A stretch of DNA of 64,000 nucleotides from a virus, in IMG/VR virus record IMGVR_UViG_3300021197_001995, positions 1-64,000 of that record. The stretch is one strand, 5' to 3'. Made by a program: the position numbers and the translations under genes. The notes under the pieces were generated by a model. The model saw only the letters and a list, made by a program, of their open reading frames with translations. It was not told the origin of the DNA and made no database searches. Every line of letters starts with the position of its first letter. Position 1 is the first letter of the stretch. Below, piece by piece: positions 48,473 through 57,796 of the stretch.

Positions 48473-51400
48473 ATGGCAGAAACAGAAAATGACCCTGCGA
48501 CCTTAGATAACCAAAGGCAGGATGTCTATCCCGTATTAAAAACTAATCGCATCTTGTTGAGCCAACCCTCTTCTGGCGCACCCTCGTTAAAAATCCGCAT
48601 AGATTATTCCCTGAACCTTAAAAGGCCCCACTACAGCGGCACGGACGAGATAGTCTCTTTCATGAACAGTCCCGAAGGACGTAGAGACACTAAAGTAACC
48701 TTTTTAGTTGTAGATCAAAGAAGTGAATCTTTAGTAGCCGATCTAACAAATCCTTCAACCGTACGAAATACGTTGATGAACGCAACATCAGACGAGAGGT
48801 TCATACGTATTGTAAGAACAAACGGATATCAAAGAGTACCGCTCCGCGAGGCCTTGCTCCAGAACGCAGACCAGAGAAATTACACCACCGCAACCGAAAC
48901 GCGCCATGGGACACATTACGAGACTTATAGTACGCTAGAGTTTGAATACAATTTGAGTGACACTCTACAGGCCAACACCGATCTTTTTGATAATGATGGT
49001 TCACCCGCAGCGCTCTCTAGGCTTCACTTGCTAGGCTTTATAGAGACTCCTTTCATGACAGCCAATCAAACGCCGCCACCCGGAGTGGCAGAAGAATTGA
49101 TAACTATACCATTAACTGAATTAACTTATGATCTTTTGTTAAATCAATCATCGGACTACGTGACCGGCCGAACACTTTTGCGCCCACCGGTACAGAGAGA
49201 GATCTTTTACGTACAAGACGAGGATCCAAACTATTCAAGGATAAATCTTCGCCCATACTCTGGTCCGGCACATTATCACGGCCCATCGCTCCCAGCGCCC
49301 TCTGGGTATGTTGGTTGGATGGCTGGGCACATGTCCGACGCTATGGGTCCAAAGTTATCTGTGAGGTCAGTTCCAAATCACAAAGTGTTGGTTGACGCAC
49401 CGCCATGGAACTCTCAACCAATGTTGCCGGCCATTGGCCAACCGGGCATCACTGGGGAGACAGGCGGTCACCTTGAAGATTTTGTAAAGTCGATACTTAC
49501 AGAAAAACAGATTAATAACCCCGCCCAGCGAACAGCGGCTATGTTGCAAGCATCCATCTCAGCAGCTACAAGGAGCAGTCGAGCTTCTTTTGTTGAGCCT
49601 TGGTCTCGAAGACACACTTGGATAACGATGGATCAAAATGAAGACGACGACAATCTGGATAGTAGCTATAATAGCATAATCGGAGTTAAATTCCTGGAGA
49701 TTTTAGAACATCACTCCCCTTTTGGTGCCCTAATTTCTCACTTTAAGCGTATAGTAACAGAAGAAAGAGATCAACAAAGGCCTGATTTAATATTAGCTAA
49801 AACGATGCTAGAGAGATTCATGCAAAACAGTAGAATATTGGAAATGTCTATAATCAGAAGAAGATTGGACCAAAGACCCTACAACAATAATGATCAGGAC
49901 ACTAAAACTTACAACGACTTCGAAGAAAACCAAAAGAACAAAATCATAGTGCAAACGTATGACATGCCCGGCCAACCCGCTGATGCCATTTTCAAAACAG
50001 TTTTCCCAACGCGTTGGCATGCGTCTGAAATAGAAGAAGTTAGAATGGATTTTCAACCACCGGCCGCCACTCGACGCGGCCGCCAGGCGGTTTTGTCAGC
50101 TCGAGCCCTAACCTCTAATAGTTATGTCGAACTCGCCGACCTGTATTCCACGAGATCATTCTTGATTAGAGATTACGAACTGTTTTATAACCTAGATTAT
50201 GGCAAATACACATACGATATAGAAATGATAATATTAGATGGATCTAAATCACTAATAGATTCATTTACTCAAAACCTGCGAGACTCATCCCGTAGGTTGG
50301 AGGGTTTAATAGTCTCACTATCATCTCCGGTAATCCGTGACGAGGTCGGACGCCCAACAACCGGATATTATGATTATCACAGTAGGAAGTTTCACGAAGT
50401 CCCAGAAGAACTGCGAAATAACACTCGCCAAGCGGTCTTCGATTTGATCACTCATTCTCGCCACAGTATGGCTCTAATGACAGGCATCGACCCGTTCTCT
50501 TCAGACGACATTGTCAACATTGTAGCTGCAGCAGACCCGGGCCTGCCAACAACAACCCTCGATGGGTTGAATTATCTAATAACAGAATCAGAAAGGACAC
50601 TAAGTTCCTTGGAAAAAATTTTACAGGATACTTTTCTGGAATCTGCAGAAGCCGCTAGTAATAATACTGAGGAGGTTTATGTCCCAAACGCCACTGGAAA
50701 CGCCGCGCCTATCGTGCATGTAAGGTGCAACACTGGGGTTGTTCATGACGCATCTGATACATTGAAGATGTGTGCTGACTATGGTATTATCTCTAATCGA
50801 TTAGGGGACGACTCTCTGGGAAGGTTTATTCAATCGGCGCGCCTGCAGTCAGCTTCTGAGACCTTGAGAGAGGTACTTGAGAATTCCGACCTGGATCGTC
50901 CATCTCTCCCCGGGCAAGGCTATTCCGGCACCGCGCCAAGCTTGCAAAGAGTAGAAAACATGCTCCCAGACCTAATCGCCGCGGACGATAACTTTTTTAT
51001 GCCTATCGAATTCACAGTGCCAGAAGGAATACGAATAGAGGTCATACCTTCCGCGCCGATGCAGTTTACGAGGGAAAACCCGAGACTGGCATCAGACAGT
51101 TCGTCCAGCGCCAACGCTTACGCAACCACGTCGCAATCTAGAATCTCTATGAATAACCTAGGCCAATCCGCTCGCCGTAAGGCTCTCTCTTTTGGTTCAA
51201 GTGTTCCAGCCGGCCTCAACAAGCGATCGATAATTAAGATACGAAAAATAGATTTCGATTCCATGACGCCGGACCTTCGATCAGTGAAGGAGGCTAAAAT
51301 ACTAACAATGATGCAAGAAGACTCACATGTCATCGGCGCCGCCCTTAAATCGTCAGCCTTTGACGCCAGATTCCTATCCTCAACTGTGGGTGGTATGTCA

Positions 51401-51973
51401 AGCACATTTTCTGGATTCGACATTTCATCATCAAGCCGCGACATTACCGAAGCCGCGCTTAAGAGCGTGGCGATTGATTCGTCTCTTCTTTCAACCGGCT
51501 TAAAATCTGCGATAATGGATACTGCATTGGACGCAGAAACAGAAGATGACTTTCTGAGAAAGGTAGATGAAAACTATAAGGAACTCCTCGCAATAAAAAA
51601 CAATTTGAAAGGTCTATACACAGCGTTTAACAGATTAGTGTCTCTGACAAAGATTAGCTTACCAGCAGGCTTTGATAGAGAAAGATCGAAGAATTTGTTC
51701 GAAAATGGACCAGACACAAACTTTAAAAAGTCAGACTTGGAGATAGCACAATCACCTTTTAAACGCAAAGGAGCAAAGTTTGTAGAGTTTTCAGAGACGG
51801 GAGATGCCAAGATGTATGATTCAGTCACTGCATTAAAGAGAATCTCGGCTCTCCAAGGCGCGCCAACTATGAACGGAGAGATAAAAATGGTCAAACTATT
51901 TAAACTAGAACAAGTCGGAGCAAGAGATAACATACCAGGAGTAAACAATGCTTTGATGATGGAGTTGAACTAG
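48473..51973 (+). CDS. Large hypothetical protein (1166 aa), likely virion-associated
   Basis: Long ORF within the structural operon; contains a YSGPAHYHGP...GWMAGH motif. Confidence 0.65.
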   Translation: MAETENDPATLDNQRQDVYPVLKTNRILLSQPSSGAPSLKIRIDYSLNLKRPHYSGTDEIVSFMNSPEGRRDTKVTFLVVDQRSESLVADLTNPSTVRNTLMNATSDERFIRIVRTNGYQRVPLREALLQNADQRNYTTATETRHGTHYETYSTLEFEYNLSDTLQANTDLFDNDGSPAALSRLHLLGFIETPFMTANQTPPPGVAEELITIPLTELTYDLLLNQSSDYVTGRTLLRPPVQREIFYVQDEDPNYSRINLRPYSGPAHYHGPSLPAPSGYVGWMAGHMSDAMGPKLSVRSVPNHKVLVDAPPWNSQPMLPAIGQPGITGETGGHLEDFVKSILTEKQINNPAQRTAAMLQASISAATRSSRASFVEPWSRRHTWITMDQNEDDDNLDSSYNSIIGVKFLEILEHHSPFGALISHFKRIVTEERDQQRPDLILAKTMLERFMQNSRILEMSIIRRRLDQRPYNNNDQDTKTYNDFEENQKNKIIVQTYDMPGQPADAIFKTVFPTRWHASEIEEVRMDFQPPAATRRGRQAVLSARALTSNSYVELADLYSTRSFLIRDYELFYNLDYGKYTYDIEMIILDGSKSLIDSFTQNLRDSSRRLEGLIVSLSSPVIRDEVGRPTTGYYDYHSRKFHEVPEELRNNTRQAVFDLITHSRHSMALMTGIDPFSSDDIVNIVAAADPGLPTTTLDGLNYLITESERTLSSLEKILQDTFLESAEAASNNTEEVYVPNATGNAAPIVHVRCNTGVVHDASDTLKMCADYGIISNRLGDDSLGRFIQSARLQSASETLREVLENSDLDRPSLPGQGYSGTAPSLQRVENMLPDLIAADDNFFMPIEFTVPEGIRIEVIPSAPMQFTRENPRLASDSSSSANAYATTSQSRISMNNLGQSARRKALSFGSSVPAGLNKRSIIKIRKIDFDSMTPDLRSVKEAKILTMMQEDSHVIGAALKSSAFDARFLSSTVGGMSSTFSGFDISSSSRDITEAALKSVAIDSSLLSTGLKSAIMDTALDAETEDDFLRKVDENYKELLAIKNNLKGLYTAFNRLVSLTKISLPAGFDRERSKNLFENGPDTNFKKSDLEIAQSPFKRKGAKFVEFSETGDAKMYDSVTALKRISALQGAPTMNGEIKMVKLFKLEQVGARDNIPGVNNALMMELN

Positions 51974-51976
51974 CAA

Positions 51977-54900
51977 ATGACTGAAGAATATAAAGATTTA
52001 TGCATAGAGATCCCTGACAATACCACTGACATCGCCGCGGCCAATGCTCCAACCGCACCATGGCGCCCGATGGAGTCAGCGGGTTATAGTGCTGCAGACT
52101 CACTAAGAGATCCTGCATCTGATTTTGAAGAAGCTGTCACTAGAAGAGAAATAGACAGAGGCTTAATACAGATTGGAAAGAGAGAAATAAAAATGTACCC
52201 ACAGCAGTTTGTGTATAATTTTCCGGAGTTTAATGCGCTCCCAAACCGCAGGTATTATCAGGTAGGCTTAAATAAACCATTCCTTCAGTCTACCGGTCTG
52301 ACAGTCCGACAGCCTCCATCGATGAATCCTGCAGATTACAAATCGACAGAGTCAATAAAAAATGTAATAAACCTGCAAGACCCTCTTAGATTTGTTTCGG
52401 GAAAAGTCTTTTCAGAGATCTCTGGCCGCAGACACATCCAAGTCGAACAAGAACAGTCACGGTTCTCAATCTTGAACAACAAAGCCCTGCCCAGCTTGGG
52501 CCGGCCAAATGAAGGAGACGAAGGAACCTATCCCCTTGCTGGCGAGCAAGACCCAGAGTTAGCTATCTATATCCCAATGCCCAACCGGGCCAACGCCGAC
52601 TGGGATTATGATGATTATACCCATTTTGCTTCTGTTGAGGTGACATGCCATCTCGAAGCACAGAGATATTACAGGCTGGAAGTGACACCGAATCAGGTAA
52701 ATTTTGCTGATTCTGAACCTCTTCAAGCCGGCCGCGAATACTTAAAAACATTAATACCATCCGAAGACAAGATCTTCGAAGACACACGATTCAAGACGCA
52801 TGCTGCGTTTCACAAGTCCGAGCTTGACCACATGGAAACGTTCCCGAAATTTTATGCGGAAGCCAAGGTTGTGACACCACTTCGCGATTCTCCTGCAGAG
52901 CAGAGATATGCTCACACGCAACCATTGTCAGAAAGACAAAGCGGCTATTATCAAGTGGAAAGCCCTGAGCGCAAAAACCTTAAAAACATATATGAAGGAT
53001 TTTTAAGTTCTTCTATCGCTCATGACGAAAGCTTCAGGAACAGGCTTATCAGCCAAGGCTATCGAGCAGACATCGTGTTGTACGATGCGGAGACATATGA
53101 CGACTGCGCGGAACAGGCAGTAGTGGAGAAATACCCTGCAAGTGAAATAGAGTTGATTGGGCGACTAAACAACCTTATTTTTTCAAACATAGAAGAAGAA
53201 GAGCCAGGAGATAGGAAGCGGTGGATAGACGTCAATTCTGATGGTTTTGTGGAACTTTCGTTTAGAATGCCAAACCCAGAAGAGTCTAATTGGGCACGCC
53301 ACTTCAAGGATAATTACGCAGACATTCCCTTCTTAACCATGTTGGACAACCTGCACAGCCGCAGACTACCAGACTCTCCGCCTATTTATGATACCTTGTA
53401 CGCGTACAATTTGGAAATGAGCGTGCTAGATGATCAATCTCCGAACGAGCAAGATGATTTCTACAGGGCCCCAGACCTAGAAAACCCATATTACAGCCCC
53501 AACGAAAAAACAGTATTTGAATACCGCCCAAGAAAAGTTGATCACGTCTTTACATACATGCGCGAATGGCTTTCATCTATCCTTCCGCGCAATCAATCTG
53601 CCGCCGGTCGCCGCGTCGCCCTGAATGATTATTTTTCCAAAAAAGGTTTCCCTCTTCTTTTTGATCGATCCGAAAGTACTTTTAGCGCGCCTGGAAGATC
53701 AGTACTGGCCAGGCGCCTACGTGAATCCCCCATGCACGCCCTCGCCGACCTTGATGGTTCTATGTATCCCTCTCGCTCTAACAACTTCACTTTCAATAAT
53801 TCAGCGATGCATCCTAGAAAGATCTTCACAGAAGAGTCGTGCCCGTCTGAAATTTTAGCATTCAGGGTGGAGAAGATTAATACGTTTTCCGGCCAGGTTT
53901 TAAAAGAATTCTATTTTTTTAATAACCCTGAAACGACCGACTTTACGTTCATTGACAATGAAGTCTCTATAGGGGGTAAATACAAGTATAACATTTACGC
54001 CATCAACCTCGTCGCCGGCGTAAAGTACCAGTACTCGAATCCGTCCACAGATAACTCCGGTCTCGCCCGCGTCATTCAAGACACAGGCAGGATCAATCCA
54101 GACATAGAGTTTAAACTTAAGATCTTTCCTCATCACAAGATTGTAGAAACGCCCTATTTTTCTCAAGATGTTACATTTGTGGATCTGCCCCCTGTTCACC
54201 CTAGCGTTAGTCTCCATAAGATGACATCCGGCGCCAATACGGATACCTCGTTCAGATATTTGTTTTCTCCGAGAATTGACCACACCGCAGAGGTGCCAAT
54301 ATCACTAAGATCAGGGGACCAAGAATTAATTTCAAGTATGATCCAAGCCCAATCTTCTGTTTCAATTTCTGATTTAGAACCAGGCGCGGTGAGATATTCT
54401 TCTGACACAAAACCTACTCACTATGAAATGTTTGTTCTAGACGAGGCGCCAATTGGATATAGCGATTTTCAAAACGCCGATTATTATGAAACTACGGCCG
54501 ACGCTCCGTATTTTAACTTCATAGCACCAGAAAATCAAGACAGATACCTTGTTTTCAGAACAAGGGATCTCGGGGGTATCTCCAACCCGGGCCCAATGTT
54601 TAGGTTCAGGTTCAACAAATACGGCGACGGATCATACCACGAATTTGAAATTTACGAGCCGGTCGACACATCAGCACTGGATCCGCTTACGTGCGAACGG
54701 TACTTGAGTATAAGGCCATCGTCGATCCAATCTTCATACGATTTCGGTCTCGGACAACAACCAAGTCAGGATGATCTAAGGATCCTCCTGGGCACTGCTC
54801 CTGAAATAGATTCTGTTTCTATTGGCCTGGCACCAGAACAATCATCAATTTGGGGAAAGAGATACAAAATAAGGTTGAAATCGAGAGCGACAGGAAGGAT

Positions 54901-55132
54901 GATTGACTTTAACTTTGATTACGAATTGTCCAGAAGGCCTAGTGATTCGTCATCAGGATCCCGCTCAGCAAGCCTCGATGCACACTGCGCGGTACAAACA
55001 ATAGAGAAAAACGAGAATATAGAACAGAGCTATGTATCTTCCAGACAAGCAATCGTAGAGCGTTCCTCTCAGCCGGCTAGTCAGCCCGGCCCAAGAGAGG
55101 GCCCTAACGGGCCCGGCAACGATGATTACTGA
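51977..55132 (+). CDS. Large hypothetical protein (1051 aa), likely virion-associated
   Basis: Long ORF with a C-terminal beta-rich, FnIII-like segment (EILAFRVEK...FIDNEVSIGGKYKYNIYA). Confidence 0.65.
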   Translation: MTEEYKDLCIEIPDNTTDIAAANAPTAPWRPMESAGYSAADSLRDPASDFEEAVTRREIDRGLIQIGKREIKMYPQQFVYNFPEFNALPNRRYYQVGLNKPFLQSTGLTVRQPPSMNPADYKSTESIKNVINLQDPLRFVSGKVFSEISGRRHIQVEQEQSRFSILNNKALPSLGRPNEGDEGTYPLAGEQDPELAIYIPMPNRANADWDYDDYTHFASVEVTCHLEAQRYYRLEVTPNQVNFADSEPLQAGREYLKTLIPSEDKIFEDTRFKTHAAFHKSELDHMETFPKFYAEAKVVTPLRDSPAEQRYAHTQPLSERQSGYYQVESPERKNLKNIYEGFLSSSIAHDESFRNRLISQGYRADIVLYDAETYDDCAEQAVVEKYPASEIELIGRLNNLIFSNIEEEEPGDRKRWIDVNSDGFVELSFRMPNPEESNWARHFKDNYADIPFLTMLDNLHSRRLPDSPPIYDTLYAYNLEMSVLDDQSPNEQDDFYRAPDLENPYYSPNEKTVFEYRPRKVDHVFTYMREWLSSILPRNQSAAGRRVALNDYFSKKGFPLLFDRSESTFSAPGRSVLARRLRESPMHALADLDGSMYPSRSNNFTFNNSAMHPRKIFTEESCPSEILAFRVEKINTFSGQVLKEFYFFNNPETTDFTFIDNEVSIGGKYKYNIYAINLVAGVKYQYSNPSTDNSGLARVIQDTGRINPDIEFKLKIFPHHKIVETPYFSQDVTFVDLPPVHPSVSLHKMTSGANTDTSFRYLFSPRIDHTAEVPISLRSGDQELISSMIQAQSSVSISDLEPGAVRYSSDTKPTHYEMFVLDEAPIGYSDFQNADYYETTADAPYFNFIAPENQDRYLVFRTRDLGGISNPGPMFRFRFNKYGDGSYHEFEIYEPVDTSALDPLTCERYLSIRPSSIQSSYDFGLGQQPSQDDLRILLGTAPEIDSVSIGLAPEQSSIWGKRYKIRLKSRATGRMIDFNFDYELSRRPSDSSSGSRSASLDAHCAVQTIEKNENIEQSYVSSRQAIVERSSQPASQPGPREGPNGPGNDDY

Positions 55133-55207
55133 ACATGAGTCAGATACTTTGTAATAATTTAGCAAATAAAAGATCACAAATATAAGAGAATTATTATTTA
55201 TAAAACA

Positions 55208-55214
55208 CTATTTA
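55208..55214 (+). promoter_or_regulatory. Putative late promoter CTATTTA
   Basis: In the AT-rich intergenic gap before the AAGGAG SD of 55247. Confidence 0.5.
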
Positions 55215-55246
55215 TTAGTGATTTTACATAACAAAAGGAGCACAAA

Positions 55247-56293
55247 ATGGCATTTTTGGACAACTCAGGAGACATTATTCTAGACGCAGTACTCACTGAC
55301 ATCGGGAGAAAGCGTCTCGCAGCAGGAAGATTTAACATCTATAAGTTCGCCTTAGGGGATGAAGAGATCAACTATGAATTGTGGAATTCCAACGACGCCA
55401 GGGGTACAGCCTTTTATGATTTAGAAATACTTCAGACTCCCATTTTGGAGGCTTTTACTAGCGATCAATCTCTTATGAAATCTAGGTTAGTTACTTTTTC
55501 TAGAACTGATCATCTTTACATGCCAATCTTCAAGGTGAACAACAAAAGTGTTGATCAGTTTAACTACAACAGTCCTATCGTCAATACAGATAACCAGTTC
55601 TACATAGTGGCAGATCAACTGACTCACACTATCAACGACACAAACCCGGTCGCCGATGCGCCATCCGGCTGGATCTACGGCGTCCCGGGGCAAAATCATG
55701 TAAACCCGACCAAATGCATCGCGATTGATCAAGGCATAGACTCTGCTGCCGGCGGCCGCAACATAACGACATCAATGGATGAAGAACTCCTAGAGACAGC
55801 GTTCATCGTAAAAGTAGACAACAGACTTTTGTCGATGGCCACAGTCTCTGGCCAAGGCAATGAGGCCGCCAACACAGTAATTCGAACACCACAATATTTG
55901 GATGATGATTATGTTGCTTCTTATTATTTCGTCCGCGGACAAGTACAAGGCGCAATCAAAAACCAACCAGGTGGCAACGGTCCCAACTTCCGTAACCGCA
56001 GCGCGATAATGCCAGGCATGTCGGCCGTGGAACAGTCAAGGGCTGAAGGTTTTGAAATGTTTCTGGGCCCATTAGGTAGGACTTTGCAGATCTGCCCAGT
56101 TGTGAAAACTGAACTACAGCATGGCACATCCGTCTTTGAAGAGCTCGGAGCCCTGAGTTCTACAGATTTGACGTACAAGACTGTTGGAGACATTACCAAC
56201 CACTACTACATAGACACTACAATAACAGTACAAGGTATGACGACTGGGTATTCCATCGACATACCGGTAAAAATAATAAAAGGAAAATTTTGA
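55247..56293 (+). CDS. Putative tail/baseplate structural protein
   Basis: MAFLDNSGDIILDAVLTDIGRKRLA....I.KFALGDEEINY, a tail-collar-like LT..G...LA/A.GD start. Confidence 0.65.
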   Translation: MAFLDNSGDIILDAVLTDIGRKRLAAGRFNIYKFALGDEEINYELWNSNDARGTAFYDLEILQTPILEAFTSDQSLMKSRLVTFSRTDHLYMPIFKVNNKSVDQFNYNSPIVNTDNQFYIVADQLTHTINDTNPVADAPSGWIYGVPGQNHVNPTKCIAIDQGIDSAAGGRNITTSMDEELLETAFIVKVDNRLLSMATVSGQGNEAANTVIRTPQYLDDDYVASYYFVRGQVQGAIKNQPGGNGPNFRNRSAIMPGMSAVEQSRAEGFEMFLGPLGRTLQICPVVKTELQHGTSVFEELGALSSTDLTYKTVGDITNHYYIDTTITVQGMTTGYSIDIPVKIIKGKF

Positions 56294-56315
56294 TAATTCA
56301 ATTTAGGAGAAACCA

Positions 56316-57794
56316 ATGAGCGCGATTTCATTTAAAACTTTAACACAAGACGACGTCACAACGTCTAGAACTTTACTGCACGAATCAATACCAATAACCG
56401 GAACACTAGTGTCGGGAACCTATGAGACGTCTTCAGTGACGTCAAGGGGCCTGAACGTGAAAACATTCTCCCATGGAATGTTTCAGTCGGTTTACGATTA
56501 TCCGTATGCCTCGTCTTCGGCAAACCACATCTTTGACCTGACCGTGGGATGTAGCACCGGATCCTATTCGGCTTCAGGTTCCATCGAAGCATTAAACAAA
56601 GAATCCGCCGCCCAGGTATCAAAGAAGGTAAACATGTACAACCAAATGGCCCAGATACTTGTGGGTTATGATACTAACGGAAACATCAGAAGATTCGATC
56701 GAGACGGCGACTATGGCACGACTACCGATAAGATGGACGACATGGTTTTTATGAATTTTTCTAGGCTCTTAGTAAAAGATGAAATAAAGAAGGGCTCCTT
56801 CGAACTTAAGCTCGGTACTAATCCGGCTTGGGAAAAGGGACAGTCCCAAGAGCTTGTAACAATTACAGATGCATCTGCCACTACTAGCTATAGAGCTAAC
56901 TCCCCCGCCGGCGAATATGGTTTTCTTAAGAAATCTGGAGTCAATAATGATGTTGCAGCCACTGCTACTGTTACGATTTCAGCCTTCGGTAATTTAGCTA
57001 CTACCGGCGACAAGATTGTGTTCCACACTACCGACGGCACTGCGATCACTGCATCGGTAGCCGCCTCCACTACCGCCACAGACACTAACATCGTGACCTT
57101 CGTTGCTGCAGGAAATAACAACACTACCGCTGCCAACTTGGCTTCCTGCTTGAATGCCAATAGTAAGATTACAGCTACAGCCAACAACGCCGTCGTCACA
57201 ATCACCCAGGCACCTGGGTTTACAGGTAACGGAGCCATAACATTGACCGATGCCGGCTCAGCTGGGATGACTAAAACGGATTTTACTGGTGGGATTACAG
57301 CCACTATCGGATTGATTTATTATCAAGCTGGTATAGTGGCACTTACAGCTAGCGCTGTCGGCACCGCCGCGGCCCGCCCGGGCGAAACAGTAGATGTTCA
57401 ACTAATGCCTGGGGATGGCGCCTCCGTAGCTGCAGGAACTAGCATAACGCTTCTCAGATCTGGATCCATGGATTCTTTTTCGGACGGAGTTAGAAATAGG
57501 ATCCACAACATAAAGTTCAACAATACGACAGAACTTAACTCAACGATTTACTTCTGCAGAGCAAACAAGGGCGAATTCAACTACAGTTCAAACCCAACTT
57601 ATCTTACGGGAAGTAAAATAAGAGTAAAAGAAGACCCGGGCACAAACGAGTACAAAAACATGCCAATGTCTTACGTCACAACGGTGGGTTTATATTCTCC
57701 AGATAACGAACTTCTGGCAGTTGCGAAGCTATCAGAACCAGTAAAGAAGACTCCAATAAATGAGTTGAACCTGAGAGTTAGATTGGATTATTAA
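56316..57794 (+). CDS. Putative tail/baseplate structural protein with one inserted AATAT...FTGG module
   Basis: C-terminal YFCRA...EFNYSSNPTY...YVTTVGLY....LLAVAKLSEPVKK.......RLDY. Module at 56955-57293. Confidence 0.7.
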   Translation: MSAISFKTLTQDDVTTSRTLLHESIPITGTLVSGTYETSSVTSRGLNVKTFSHGMFQSVYDYPYASSSANHIFDLTVGCSTGSYSASGSIEALNKESAAQVSKKVNMYNQMAQILVGYDTNGNIRRFDRDGDYGTTTDKMDDMVFMNFSRLLVKDEIKKGSFELKLGTNPAWEKGQSQELVTITDASATTSYRANSPAGEYGFLKKSGVNNDVAATATVTISAFGNLATTGDKIVFHTTDGTAITASVAASTTATDTNIVTFVAAGNNNTTAANLASCLNANSKITATANNAVVTITQAPGFTGNGAITLTDAGSAGMTKTDFTGGITATIGLIYYQAGIVALTASAVGTAAARPGETVDVQLMPGDGASVAAGTSITLLRSGSMDSFSDGVRNRIHNIKFNNTTELNSTIYFCRANKGEFNYSSNPTYLTGSKIRVKEDPGTNEYKNMPMSYVTTVGLYSPDNELLAVAKLSEPVKKTPINELNLRVRLDY

Positions 57795-57796
57795 AA

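Noticed and set aside
55206-55220. Hairpin CACTA-TTTAT-TAGTG around the CTATTTA motif (N4-like hairpin promoter?)
   Set aside because: The stem is only 5 bp, and comparable stems are not consistently present at the other CTATTTA sites.
35000-57293. Inserted modules as inteins, introns or DGR repeats
   Set aside because: There are no intein termini (C/S...HN) or homing-endonuclease motifs, frames stay open, differences between copies are not adenine-specific, and no reverse transcriptase is present in the window.
56888-57304. 138-aa antisense ORF coinciding with an inserted module
   Set aside because: It is the shadow of Ala/Thr/Gly-rich codons on the sense strand, with no SD or recognisable motifs. 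The same applies to the other short minus-strand ORFs inside long genes.
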